A DNA stretch of 64,000 nt from an uncultured Chloroflexia bacterium. Lineage in GTDB: Bacteria > Chloroflexota > UBA6077 > JACCZL01. Shown here in pieces: positions 10,651-21,198 of this stretch. The stretch covers positions 64,001 through 128,000 of the forward strand of contig CAVXYC010000007.1 of the NCBI GenBank assembly GCA_963765765.1. The letters are read 5' to 3'. Each line of letters opens with the position of its first letter. Positions within the stretch are counted from its first letter, which is position 1. Made by a program: the position numbers and the translations under genes. The notes beneath the pieces are model-generated. The model saw only the letters and a program-made list of their open reading frames with translations. It ran no database searches and had not been told where the DNA came from.

Positions 10651-10872
10651 GGCTTCGTCAGGTTAGGGTCTGTGGTTTGGGGGAGTCAAGAAGATCCGGA
10701 GTCCGCCCGGTTGGACGTACGCCGGGCTGGGACCGGTGAGAGGCACGAGCTCCTCCAACCCCCTTGCCACATCTGGCGCGAAGACTTAGCATGGCGGACG
10801 GCCCGCTTGCCTGGAGACGCACCGCTGAATGACGTCCCCGGCTCAGGCTGTCTGGGAGAAGGGGAGTCCGTC

Positions 10873-11838
10873 ATGCCCGGTCTCGGTATCGTCTTTTCGC
10901 TGTTCTCGGCGGCGAGCTTCGGCATCAACGAAGCGATGACCCGGCGAGGCATGCAGGGAGCCTCCGCCTCTCAGGGTCTGTACATCACCGTCACGTTCGG
11001 TGTTCCGGCATTTCTTTTTGCGGCCGTCGTAACTGGGCAATTCGGCCAGGCTGGCGGCATCTCGCCGCTCGGGCTCGTATGGCTCGCCGCGGCAGGCGTC
11101 GTTCACTTTCTCGGTGGCAGGTACTGTAATTACCGTTCCATCGGCGCCATCGGTGCCAATCGCAGTCATCCCCTTCGCTCGACGGCGCTCCTGTATTCAG
11201 TATTTTTCGCCGTCGTCATACTGCATGAAGAGCTGACGCTCGGTCGGGCCCTTGGCGTGGTGCTCTTGACCACGGGCGCGCTGCTTATGGTGGACCGGAA
11301 ATCTGGGTCAAGTGCGCCCGGCGCGTCCGCCGCAACGGAAGCCGCTGCCTCGGGTGGAGTGGCGGTAGCGGTCGCGCCGGTCGAAGCGCCAAAGCGAACC
11401 ACGCTGAGCCTTGTTGAAGGCTACGGGTTCGGGTTGATGGCTGGTCTGATGTATGGCATCAGTCCGATCTTTATCAAGCTGGGCCTGGAGGGGAATAACA
11501 TCGGCTTATTCGGTGGCTTCGTCTCTTACCTGGCTGCGTCGGTTGTTCTGCTCTCCACTCTGCTGCGGCCTGGCCGAATGGCATATGTGCGCACTATGAA
11601 GCCTGAGCACGCACGCTGGTTCCTCGGAAGCGGGACGTTCGTCTTTCTCGCGCAGATGTTCCGATACCTGGCGCTGGGCATTGAATCGGTCACGCTCGTA
11701 TCGGCGCTTGGGCAGCTCAATGGCATATTTACTCTCGCGTTTTCCGCAACAGTAAATCGCCATCTCGAGAACTTCCGTCGCGAAACCATCATCGGCGTGA
11801 TCTTTTCCGTGATTGGCGGCATCGCCCTGGCGTTCTAG
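10873..11838 (+). CDS. DMT/EamA-family transporter
   Basis: About 10 TM helices in two EamA-like repeats; GGGGAG RBS before ATG 10873. Confidence 0.85.
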   Translation: MPGLGIVFSLFSAASFGINEAMTRRGMQGASASQGLYITVTFGVPAFLFAAVVTGQFGQAGGISPLGLVWLAAAGVVHFLGGRYCNYRSIGAIGANRSHPLRSTALLYSVFFAVVILHEELTLGRALGVVLLTTGALLMVDRKSGSSAPGASAATEAAASGGVAVAVAPVEAPKRTTLSLVEGYGFGLMAGLMYGISPIFIKLGLEGNNIGLFGGFVSYLAASVVLLSTLLRPGRMAYVRTMKPEHARWFLGSGTFVFLAQMFRYLALGIESVTLVSALGQLNGIFTLAFSATVNRHLENFRRETIIGVIFSVIGGIALAF

Positions 11839-12006
11839 CGCCTGGATTTTCCGGTGGAAGTATCTTCTGGACTGTCCCACCGGAGCACTGTGATTCGATC
11901 GATACATCAGCTGCCTTTGCAATTGACGACTTCGAGAGATCAGGACCCGTAAGCTAGAGCAACACATCGCGGAATCTTCAGTTCGACGCATTCGTCGGAG
12001 GCCGTT

Positions 12007-12183
12007 ATGGATCCCAGGACCAGCCTCACTTCCGTTGGGTTTTCCACCGCCGCGGTCCGCGCGCTGCGCAAGCTCAAAAAGCGCTACGCGGCCGGCGAGA
12101 TGGGCGAAACGTTTGACGAAACCGAGCGTCGTCGCCTTCTCTTTTTGCGATGGCTCCTCGGAGAGAATCGCGTTCCAAGATAG
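12007..12183 (+). CDS. Small 58-aa protein (GF...L..L..RY..G...E...RL.FLRWL type)
   Basis: Translated by hand: MDPRTSLTSVGFSTAAVRALRKLKKRYAAGEMGETFDETERRRLLFLRWLLGENRVPR; GGAGG RBS; below the ORF-track cutoff. Confidence 0.65.
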   Translation: MDPRTSLTSVGFSTAAVRALRKLKKRYAAGEMGETFDETERRRLLFLRWLLGENRVPR

Positions 12184-12239
12184 CGAACCGAGTTGAGCCA
12201 TGTCCGGGGCCGGGCCGACACGATGTCGGCGGTCCTGAT

Positions 12240-12870
12240 TCATGCTGGCCCTAATCGACACGTCGCCCCGGACGTCGTTGCCCTGCCGTCCACCAGTGCG
12301 ATCTCTGTGCTGGTGCCACATATATCGAGGGTAATCACGTTTTGAAAGCCAGAGACGTCCGCGAGGCGTGCACCCGCGATGACGCCCGCGGCCGGTCCGG
12401 AAAGGATCGTTGTTACCGCTCGATCTGCCGCGCTTCCGAACGACGTGATCCCGCCGTTCGACTGCATAACGTAGCGCTGGCGTGGCGGTAGATCGCAAGC
12501 AAGCGGAGATCCCCATGCACCGCAATGTCGCCGAACCGCTGAGCCTCTCGGTGGAGGAAGCGGCGGTAGCGCGCCATCCAGGCCTATTCAGAAGTTGGAA
12601 TGACGCGCTCGTCAAGTCGCTCCTGATCGGCCTGTCGAGCATCATGCACCCACGCCGCGGCGGACTCCTGGGACTCCCAGTCCGGGGTAGACACGTCTCT
12701 CAGCGAGCCCGCCAATCGATGCGCGACCGACACGAGACGCATGCGCCGAAGTTTCTCTCCTCGGCAGCCTCCGCGAGGCATCTGCTCCGCTCCCTAGGTC
12801 CAACGACTGAATCGATGGCGTCCATAAGATCCTTCGGGAAGGTGATATGAGCGCGGGCGGTTTCACTTGA
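12240..12870 (-). pseudogene. Hydantoinase/oxoprolinase A (HyuA/OplA) remnant
   Basis: MQSNGG...TILSGPAAGV...ITLDICGTSTEIAL signature; other degenerate fragments, including one on the + strand (VAEPLSLSVEEAA). Confidence 0.8.
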
Positions 12871-12966
12871 CATATGCGTCTCGAAACATCACGTGGGATA
12901 AGGATATCTCACAGAAGTGGGACATCCTTATCCGGAAGCCTGCAACTGGCCCTGGCGTTCACATCG

Positions 12967-13968
12967 CTACAGCCCCAGCAGCGACTCCAGGTTCTGCCAG
13001 AGAATCTTGTCCTTCTCCTCCGGGGACACCGATTCCAGGCCCTGGAGCCAGGTGACGGGCGAGGGGTGCCAGGGGACAAACGGCCAGTCACTACCAAGCA
13101 CCACGCGGTCGGCGCCGACCTGGTCCAGCAGGAAGCGCAGGGCGGCTTCGTTGCCAACGACCGTGTCGTAGAAGAGCTGACGCTGGTAGGAGCTAGGAGC
13201 TCTTGGGATTGTACGTCGCTCGGCCAGAGTACCCTGCCAGCCGCGGTCAATCCGTCCCATAGCGTAACAAGCGGGACCTCCGCCGTGGGCAATGCAGGCT
13301 TTCAGATCAGGGCAGACTTCAAGGATGCCACCCAGGATGAGAACGGCCACGACGATGGCGTCTTCAACGATGACGCCAAGGCTGTTCGAGAGTCCGTGGG
13401 AGCCGGCCCGCTCCATCATGAAGTTGTGCTGCGGCTGCGGATGGAAGAAGAGCACCGCACCTAGCGACTCGGCAGCCTTGAACAATGGTAGAAAGCGAGG
13501 CTCGTCCCAGTTGGCGCCGTTCACGATGGTGTCTAGCTCGGCGCCCTTCAAGCCCAGCTCAGTGACGGCTCGCTCGAGCTCCTTGATCGCCGCGTCAACA
13601 TCCTGCACGGGCAGCGTGGCCAGTCCGGCAAAGCGCGTCGGATGCTGGCGCGTCATCTCCGCGATCTCGTCATTTACCTCGCGCGCCAGCGCGCTGCCCT
13701 GTGCCGAATCCAGGTGATATCCCATGAATGGCGTGTGAATCGACACGACCTGCATGTCGACGCCCAGCGCATCCATGTCCTGAATTCGCTCATCGGGCGT
13801 CAGACGCACCTTGGGCGAGGCGAAACCGGTGCGCTTGCCGTTGGTGCCGATAACTGTGCCAAGACCATCGCCAGGCTCCAGACGAAAGCCGTACCAATCA
13901 CGTTGTGCTTCCGCCGCCGACCATAACGATCGTGGTACCAGATGCGCGTGGATATCAATCGATTTCAT
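12967..13968 (-). CDS. Amidohydrolase_2 family (ACMSD-like decarboxylase/hydratase)
   Basis: IDIHAH, FFHP, AHGGG and VLGSDWP metal-binding motifs. Confidence 0.9.
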   Translation of the reverse strand: MKSIDIHAHLVPRSLWSAAEAQRDWYGFRLEPGDGLGTVIGTNGKRTGFASPKVRLTPDERIQDMDALGVDMQVVSIHTPFMGYHLDSAQGSALAREVNDEIAEMTRQHPTRFAGLATLPVQDVDAAIKELERAVTELGLKGAELDTIVNGANWDEPRFLPLFKAAESLGAVLFFHPQPQHNFMMERAGSHGLSNSLGVIVEDAIVVAVLILGGILEVCPDLKACIAHGGGPACYAMGRIDRGWQGTLAERRTIPRAPSSYQRQLFYDTVVGNEAALRFLLDQVGADRVVLGSDWPFVPWHPSPVTWLQGLESVSPEEKDKILWQNLESLLGL

Positions 13969-14088
13969 GGATGAAGCCCCCGTCATGTGCGTGCGCTGCG
14001 AGTAGCAATGTACCGCGTTCTACATCACGGTGGGTCAGAAATCGAACTACCTTATAGTGAGCAACGGATCACACCAGGAGCAGAAGGC

Positions 14089-14535
14089 ATGGACAACCTG
14101 GTGACCTGGCTGGCCCGCTGGGTGCACGTCTCATCCGCGGCGTTCTGGGTCGGCGGCTTCGCCGTTCTCGCATTGGTCATCGTTCCCTACCTCCGTCGCG
14201 CCCCGAGCGCGGCGGTAAACGACGTTGCCATTCGACTCGTGCGCGTGCTCTCCTTTTCGGGCCTCGTCACACTCTTGAGTGGTTTCACCCTGGTTCATGT
14301 GACGCGAGGATTTGGATCCATCCTGCGCGGAGAGTGGGGTGGCATCATCATCAGCGCGATCGTCCTCGCCATCGCCCTGGGAGCAATCGGCGACGCCGCA
14401 TTACGCCCGAGCCTGAGACGAGCCAAAGACGATCCGACTCAGTTTCAACGCGCCCAACGCCTGGCGATGCTGGGACTTGTGCTAAGCATCGTCACTATCG
14501 CACTGATGACCCGCGCAATATATGCCCGGTCGTAA
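14089..14535 (+). CDS. CopD-like 4-TM membrane protein
   Basis: RWVHVSSAAFWVGG motif and four hydrophobic segments. Confidence 0.65.
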   Translation: MDNLVTWLARWVHVSSAAFWVGGFAVLALVIVPYLRRAPSAAVNDVAIRLVRVLSFSGLVTLLSGFTLVHVTRGFGSILRGEWGGIIISAIVLAIALGAIGDAALRPSLRRAKDDPTQFQRAQRLAMLGLVLSIVTIALMTRAIYARS

Positions 14536-14567
14536 TCACGCACCGGAGAACACTGGAGGATTTCTCA

Positions 14568-15728
14568 ATGGCTGACAACGCTCCAACCGCTCTCGATCTC
14601 ATGCGCGTGGACCAGGTGGGTAGTCTGCTCCGCCCGGATTCGCTCAAACAGGCATTCGACCAACGCCGCGAAGGTGCGATCACGGATGAGCAGCTACGAG
14701 AAGCGCAAGACAGCGCCATCCGTGAGGTCGTACGCAAGCAAGAATCGCTAAAGCTTCCGATCATCACGGACGGCGAGTTTCGGCGAGGAAATTTTCAGGA
14801 CAGCTTTGCCGAGTCAGTCACAGGCTACGCCGGTGCTCTGCGCTCCGTGGAGTACAAGGAATATCAGCACACCAACGTGCAAGCGCTGACTCGCCGTGAT
14901 GTTGACCATAGCCAGCCTGGTGCCCCGGTAGTGACTCGACGCGCCGCGGCCGAGCGGCTCAGCGTCGTTCGCAACTTCCCATTCGAGGAATACCGCTTCA
15001 CGAATCGGCTCACGTTTAAGCCGATCAAGGTGACGCTGGTCGGCCCAGACCGGATCTCTCAGCGCTTCGACTGGCAGCAATCCCAGGGCGTTTACGATGG
15101 CCTGGACGATTTTGCGCACCACGTCGCCGAGCTGGAGCATGAGATGGTGCACGATCTAGCATACGCGGGCTGCCGCTATATCCATATCGATGAGCCCGGC
15201 TACACCGCATACGTAGACGAGAAGTCGATAGCGGAGATGCGGGAACGAGGCGAAGACCCCGTCCGGAACCTGACACGCTCGATCGAAGCTGACAACGAAG
15301 TCATTGGACACTTCGATGGCATTACGTTTGGCATTCATCTCTGCCGTGGCAACGCCCGCAGCATGTGGCACCGCGAGGGTCACTATGACGCCATCGCGGA
15401 GCAGCTATTCAATGGACTAAAGGCGCAGCGGCTACTCCTGGAATACGACAGCGACCGCGCTGGGAGTTTTGCGCCACTGCGATTCGTGCCGAAGGGGAAA
15501 GTCGCGGTACTGGGCCTCATCACCACCAAGACGCCCCAGGTGGAGACGGTAGATGAGCTGAAACGCCGACTCGATGAGGCCGCGAATTACCTACCGCTGG
15601 AGCAGTTAGCGATTAGCCCTCAGTGCGGCTTTGCGTCAGGTATCGAGGGCAATCTACTGAGCGAAGACGATCAGTGGCGGAAGCTCGAAGTCATGCTGGA
15701 AACCGCGAGTCAGGTATGGGGTGCCTAA
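14568..15728 (+). CDS. Cobalamin-independent methionine synthase II family (single-barrel MetE-like)
   Basis: DQVGSLLRP, ITDGEFRR; Zn-ligand motifs HLCRGN, LEYD and SPQCGF; GGAGG RBS. Confidence 0.92.
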   Translation: MADNAPTALDLMRVDQVGSLLRPDSLKQAFDQRREGAITDEQLREAQDSAIREVVRKQESLKLPIITDGEFRRGNFQDSFAESVTGYAGALRSVEYKEYQHTNVQALTRRDVDHSQPGAPVVTRRAAAERLSVVRNFPFEEYRFTNRLTFKPIKVTLVGPDRISQRFDWQQSQGVYDGLDDFAHHVAELEHEMVHDLAYAGCRYIHIDEPGYTAYVDEKSIAEMRERGEDPVRNLTRSIEADNEVIGHFDGITFGIHLCRGNARSMWHREGHYDAIAEQLFNGLKAQRLLLEYDSDRAGSFAPLRFVPKGKVAVLGLITTKTPQVETVDELKRRLDEAANYLPLEQLAISPQCGFASGIEGNLLSEDDQWRKLEVMLETASQVWGA

Positions 15729-15775
15729 CTAACGAGCGCGATGTATACGCTAGAGATCGGCTCGCGAACTTGAGC

Positions 15776-16939
15776 CTACTGCCCGGAGAAGAATAGTTTC
15801 TCGTACTTCTTCGTCCGCTCACCGATCTCCTTGAACTGCTCGGGCGTGTCAATGCGCGGAAGCAGCGCAACGCCATCGAGGTCCGCCTCGAATTCTTGAG
15901 CCTTTACGCCCTTGCGGATTGGTCCCTGACCCACTCCGGCTAACTCCTGCTGACCCTCTTCGGAGAGGCTCCACTCGAGCCAGAGCTTGGCGGCGTTTGG
16001 GTGCGGAGCATTCTTGATGAGCGACTGCGCGTTCTGACTGATCCCTACGCCATCAGCCAGCTTGACATACTTAATCGGCGCGCCCGATTGACGCTGCTTC
16101 ACGATGTCAGCTGTCACTCCCGACAGGTAGAGCAAGTATTCGCCCCGGGAAAGCCCCGCTAGAAGCGGTCCGGCCTGCGTGGCGAAGAACGGCTTCTGCT
16201 CAGCCAGCTTGTTGAGGAACTCATCGCCATACAGAATGTCGAGGCCTGCCATGATTGGGTTTCCGGGCCCGCTCCCACGGGGGTCATCCATGCAGATCTT
16301 TCCTCGCCACTTTGGATCGAGGATGTCGTTCCACACCTTCGGCTCCTGGTCCGGTGGCACGAGAGTGGTGTTGATGGTCAGAGACAGCAACCCGACCGTG
16401 CGGGAGTTGAGATAGTCCGTTGAGAACGCCAGCTCTGGACGAACGTCCCCGGCAAACTTCGATCGATAAGGCTCCACGTAGCCGGCCTCAGCCAGCTCGT
16501 TCTGGGTGCTGAAGCCTGAGATTATGATGTCCACAGAATAGGCACGGGCCTGTTGCTCGGCGAACACCTTCTCGCGACTCTCACGGCCACGCTGATCAAT
16601 GCCCTCGAGCTCGATGCCCGGGTACCGGCGCTGAAAGGCCGCTTTGAGAGGATCCCAGAGCTCCTTGGGCCCGACACCGTAGAGGACAAGTTTTCCTTCT
16701 GCCTTCGCCGCGTCGTAGTACTTTGCGCGGGCATCTGCCAATGGGTCCGCCGAATCAGCCTTGGCCGCCGGAGCGTCCGCCGGCTCTTGGGGCACTACCG
16801 CGGTGGCCGAGACCGAAGGCGCACTGGTCGGCTTCGCAGGTACCGGCGTTGGTGACGCAGCCATCGGTGGCGTACATCCAACCAGAGCGACAATCGAAAA
16901 TAGGCTCAAGCCGAGCCGCTGAGTGACAGACCTACGCAT
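15776..16939 (-). CDS. ABC transporter substrate-binding lipoprotein (AfuA/FbpA-like class)
   Basis: Lipobox LVGC, Pro/Ala linker, AKAEGKLVLY, WNDILDPKWRGK and APHPNAAKLWLEW. Confidence 0.88.
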   Translation of the reverse strand: MRRSVTQRLGLSLFSIVALVGCTPPMAASPTPVPAKPTSAPSVSATAVVPQEPADAPAAKADSADPLADARAKYYDAAKAEGKLVLYGVGPKELWDPLKAAFQRRYPGIELEGIDQRGRESREKVFAEQQARAYSVDIIISGFSTQNELAEAGYVEPYRSKFAGDVRPELAFSTDYLNSRTVGLLSLTINTTLVPPDQEPKVWNDILDPKWRGKICMDDPRGSGPGNPIMAGLDILYGDEFLNKLAEQKPFFATQAGPLLAGLSRGEYLLYLSGVTADIVKQRQSGAPIKYVKLADGVGISQNAQSLIKNAPHPNAAKLWLEWSLSEEGQQELAGVGQGPIRKGVKAQEFEADLDGVALLPRIDTPEQFKEIGERTKKYEKLFFSGQ

Positions 16940-17094
16940 CGGTATGCCTCCACGGCCGCAAAAAGCAGCCCACGTCATAACGCCCGAACGGTGGTTCGTC
17001 GCTAGTCACTGCAGAGTTTCATGCCAAGATTGAGTCCACTGTACCGCGAGCGCGGGCGCTTGGCGAGGCGGAGAGAAGACGAGCTAGGCCAGAT

Positions 17095-17754
17095 TCATGT
17101 CCGCTCGGGACGCTCTCCAGCGTGCTCCATGACCCGACGGGCCCAATCACGCCAAGGGTCAGAGAGCTGGGGTACCGTCAATAGCCGCCCGGCTTCAATT
17201 CGATCGTGAGAGAAGATTCGAAAAACGTCGCGAATTGTTAAGTCGTGCGCTGGTCGATAGATGACACGAATGGTGTCGCCGGCGGCTAGCTCACCTTCGG
17301 TCACGATGCGGAGATAAGCGCCAGGCCGAAGCGCATCAGTGAAGCGGCGCGGAAACAGTTTGTCGTCCATGCGTACGCCGAGCCGCCAGCATGGGACGCG
17401 CGGCTCTGAGACCTCGAGTACTGTCGTCCCCACGGCCCACCGCTCACCCACAAGGGCGTTTGTGACGTCAATCCCTTCGGTCGTCAGGTTCTCGCCGAAG
17501 TTACCTGCTTGGAGCTCGCGCCCGAGCTGCTGCGACCACCATTCCAGGTCTTCGCCGGCGTACGCGTACACAGCCTTATCTGGGCCGCCATGTGCTTCGC
17601 GATCAGCCTGATCGTCACCTTCGAGATTGACGCCGCGCACCACCACTGGCCCTGCTACAGGCTGCTTCCAGATCGCGCTCCTGGCGGGGTGGCCATTGAA
17701 GTCGAATTCACGAGAGCGGCCGACCTGCACAGAGCGTAGCGTCCCATAGTCCAT
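17095..17754 (-). CDS. MOSC domain protein (YiiM-like)
   Basis: GDDQADREAHGGPDKAVYAY, FGENLTT and PRVPCWRL. Confidence 0.92.
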   Translation of the reverse strand: MDYGTLRSVQVGRSREFDFNGHPARSAIWKQPVAGPVVVRGVNLEGDDQADREAHGGPDKAVYAYAGEDLEWWSQQLGRELQAGNFGENLTTEGIDVTNALVGERWAVGTTVLEVSEPRVPCWRLGVRMDDKLFPRRFTDALRPGAYLRIVTEGELAAGDTIRVIYRPAHDLTIRDVFRIFSHDRIEAGRLLTVPQLSDPWRDWARRVMEHAGERPERT

Positions 17755-18131
17755 TGCCTTGACCTGCTTCATTGGATGCGTCACCGACCAGAGCGCAAGC
17801 TGCGAAGGCAGCCGCCTCTCATTCACTGCTAGCGCGGAGCCCGGCCCGCACACTCCAGAATCGCAACTGCCTCTGAAAACGCTCTTGCGCCACGGGCTAT
17901 TCCGAATGCATCGGCAAGACAGGCCGGAAGCTCCTTCGACATGACACTGGATGGCAGGGATGCCGTGGAGATGTCAGAAAACCCTTGAAGTAAAGGTCGA
18001 TTAGGTTGGAGATGACACATCCACGGATAGCTGATCGGCGGTCGAGGAACGAGTCGGCTGGGCGCGATGCCAGTGGCGTTCATTTCTATTCACTTTTTCA
18101 CTCACTGACCCGCGGAAGTTGGCGCTCGGCG

Positions 18132-19070
18132 TTAGCCGCCTCTCACCAGCCCGGCTACCTCGTCGCGCTCCTCCGCGGTCAGTGTCCATTCTCCCGCCGC
18201 GGCGTTTTCAATGACCTGGGCTGGATTGCGCGCACCCACGATGACGCTGGAGACGATCGGGTGAGCCAGGAGCCAGGCGATGGCGAGCTGGCCCACCGTA
18301 CGGCCACGAGATTCGGCCCATGGTTTCAGCGCGTCCACGGCGTCCAACATCTGGCCTGTAAGCATGCGGGCAATGCGAGGATTGTCGGCTGCGCGAGTGC
18401 CGGGTTGGGGCGGCTCGCCGCGCTGATACTTGCCGGTGAGCACGCCGCTGCCCATGGGGCGGTATGGAACAATCCCGACACCTAGCGTCGCGCAAGCGTC
18501 CTCTAGATGTGGGTCATCCAGTCCGTCGACCACATTCCAGGCTGGCTGAATGACCGCCCATCGACTCAGGCCTAGCCGCTCCTGCACGCCCAGCGCCTGA
18601 GCCATCTGCCACGCTTGCCAGTTGGAGCAGCCCAGATACCGAACCTTGCCCTGATGCACCAGATCGTCAAATGCGCGCACGGACTCCTCGATCGGCGTCT
18701 CCCGATCGAATTGGTGAGCGTAGAAAAGGTCCAGATAGTCCGTGTTCATCCGCTTGAGCGACGCTTCGACACCGTCCATGATGTGTTTCCGCGAGAGACC
18801 TCGGTCGTTGGGCCCGTCTCCTACGCGTGAGGCGACCTTGCTTGCGATGACCATGTCATGCCGGTGCCCCGCCACGGCCTTGCCAACGAACTCCTCGGAC
18901 TTGCCATTGCCGTATCCGTCCGCCGAGTCGATGTGGTTGACTCCCAGCTGCATGGCCTGATGAATCACAGCAATGCTCACGGCCTCATCCGCCGTATTGC
19001 CAAACGTATTGCCGCCCAGGCCGATGGCTGAGACTTTGATCCCAGTCGTTCCGAGTTGTCGGTACTCCAT
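18132..19070 (-). CDS. Aldo/keto reductase
   Basis: LGTTGIKVSAIGLG, DSADGYG, GKVRYLGCSN and VIVGA. Confidence 0.95.
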   Translation of the reverse strand: MEYRQLGTTGIKVSAIGLGGNTFGNTADEAVSIAVIHQAMQLGVNHIDSADGYGNGKSEEFVGKAVAGHRHDMVIASKVASRVGDGPNDRGLSRKHIMDGVEASLKRMNTDYLDLFYAHQFDRETPIEESVRAFDDLVHQGKVRYLGCSNWQAWQMAQALGVQERLGLSRWAVIQPAWNVVDGLDDPHLEDACATLGVGIVPYRPMGSGVLTGKYQRGEPPQPGTRAADNPRIARMLTGQMLDAVDALKPWAESRGRTVGQLAIAWLLAHPIVSSVIVGARNPAQVIENAAAGEWTLTAEERDEVAGLVRGG

Positions 19071-19259
19071 GCTTCACCCCTCGCGGAGCGATTCTAGCAG
19101 CCCAATCACCGCGGCATGCTCCCGAACGGGACCGCTGACATCCCGTCGGAGGTCCCGGCATTCCGGGCCGAAGGGCGGCTTCGGTTGATGGACGGAGCAT
19201 GCGCGATTCGGGCGCATCGCCCGAATCTCTGGTCGCGATATCCCTGGTAGCATTGCCCC

Positions 19260-20532
19260 GTGACACATTCTCATGAGCATCTCGCCGAGCCACAGGGCGG
19301 CCGCCTGGGCGCGTTCGAGTCACGCGATTTCCGCCTCTACTGGGTCGCAACGCTGGTGCAGCAATCGGCCAACTGGATGCAAAACGTCGCCGTTGCCTGG
19401 CTGCTCCTGGAGATGACGAACTCGCCCATGTTGCTCGGGCTTAACTGGCTCTTCCAGTCCGTTCCGTTCATCTGCTCTTCGATGGTCGCCGGTGCCGTGG
19501 CCGACCGGATGAATCGTCGCAAGCTGCTCGATGATCACGCAAACCGGCTTGTGTATTGTCTCGTTCACACAAGCGGTGCTTGTGTCTCATGGGACTCATT
19601 CAGGTCTGGCAGGTGTACCTGCTCAGCGCGCTCAGCCTCACCTGCGCAGGTTTTGAGTCCGCTGCCCGACAGACCTTCATTCCCAGTCTCGTGCCCGCGC
19701 AGACACCTTGCCAGCGCCATTGCACTGCACACTAGCCTGCATCGAAGCACTTCCGTCATTGGACCGGTTCTCGGCGGGATTTGCCATCGCCGCTTTCGGC
19801 GTGGCTGGAGCGCTCTCGTGGAACACGCTCGGTTACGCGCTTCTCATCGGCTCGGTATTCTGGACGCGCGCCGAAGTCGCCGCCCGCATCCAGCCGAGGC
19901 TCGCTGTGGCAATCCATGGTGGACGGGTTCATGCACGTTCGCCAGCGGCCGATGCTCTGGGGGCTGCTCATGCTGCAGGCATCAGCCAGCCTTTTCGCCA
20001 GCTACACCGCCATGCTGCCGATCTATGCACGCGACATTTTGCAGATTGGCCCGGAGGGACTGGGTTGGCTGCATTCAATGATCGGCGCCGGCAGCATTGT
20101 CGGCATGGTGCTGTTCATCGCCTTTCAGCAACACGGCCTCCCGCGGACGCACGATTCTGATCGGAAGCTTCTTGTTTCCCGTGCTTCCTCATCGCGTTCG
20201 GCCTGTCGACCAACGTATGGCTCTCCATGGGCTTACTGTTTCTCGCCGGTGGAGTGGATTCGTTCGCCGGAACGGCTCGAAGTACGCTCAATCAGCTCGC
20301 CGTCGATGATCGCTACCGCGGCAGAGTCATGGCGCTTTCCTCGATCTCAAATCGGGGTCTCTCGCAACTGGGCAACGTGCCTTCCGGTATCGCGGCCAGC
20401 ATGATTGGAGCGCCAGCATCGCTGGTTCTCGGCAGCGTCATCGCAGCGGCCTACGTTCTCTGGGCAGCATTCCGAATTCCCGAGCTTAGCGGACGAGCGA
20501 GGCGCGACAGACAGCAGAGCCTGTGGCCGTGA
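19260..20532 (+). CDS. MFS transporter (multiply frameshifted)
   Basis: RDFRLYW...WMQNVAVAW, GAVADRMNRRK and VDDRYRGRVM spread over at least four ORFs. Confidence 0.8.
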
Positions 20533-20582
20533 TGGATGCGATTCCGGTCTCGGTGCCCGAGCGGCGGTAGCGATCGCGTTCT

Positions 20583-20645
20583 TGGTGGTGTCGGGCATCT
20601 TGCCCGACAGTGTGCGGTCGTCGGGCAAGATGCCCGACACCACCA
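20583..20645. repeat. REPIN-like inverted doublet (family D)
   Basis: Perfect 26-bp IR TGGTGGTGTCGGGCATCTTGCCCGAC with an 11-bp spacer; each arm is internally palindromic. Confidence 0.9.
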
Positions 20646-20744
20646 GTTTGATAGTTGCAGCTTGATCGAATTCGGGCGCAATAGCTTGCTCATGGCCGGA
20701 CCGCGGGTGTTGAATGAACGTAACTCGGTGTGGAGCGTGTCGGC

Positions 20745-21149
20745 ATGTCCAAACTTCGGCACATCGCGTATCGCGCGGATGACGTGGAAGCGATGGCCCA
20801 GTTCTTCGTGGGCGGGTTCGAGATGGAGATCGTCCAGCGTCGGACCAATGGCGCCATCGATCTATCCGATGGGACGATGAACGTCACCATCCTCCCGGCA
20901 GCTATGCCACGCGGGGATGGGCTCCCGTCGAATCGCGGCATCGACCATCTTGGCTTTGTGGTGGAAGACGAGGACGCGGCGCGTGAGCGTCTTGTGGCTG
21001 CGGGAGGACACGAAATGGCCACTGTGGACCTCGGCGGGGCTGCTCATTACGAAGTCAAATTCCAGGGCCCTGAGGGCATCGTTGTGGATTTCGGCCATTG
21101 GGTTGGCGCGGCACCCATCGAGGAGCCTGCCGGCAGCGTCTCTCGCTAA
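20745..21149 (+). CDS. VOC/glyoxalase family protein
   Basis: KLRHIA, GIDHLGFVVED and EVKFQGPEGIVVD. Confidence 0.88.
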   Translation: MSKLRHIAYRADDVEAMAQFFVGGFEMEIVQRRTNGAIDLSDGTMNVTILPAAMPRGDGLPSNRGIDHLGFVVEDEDAARERLVAAGGHEMATVDLGGAAHYEVKFQGPEGIVVDFGHWVGAAPIEEPAGSVSR

Positions 21150-21198
21150 CGTTACCGACCCCAATCCAGCATCACGTCAACCGGTATCGGAGATCATC

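Noticed and set aside
11506-12645. 379-aa minus-strand ORF
   Set aside because: No motifs; overlaps the DMT gene, the small protein and the HyuA remnant, so it is a shadow ORF
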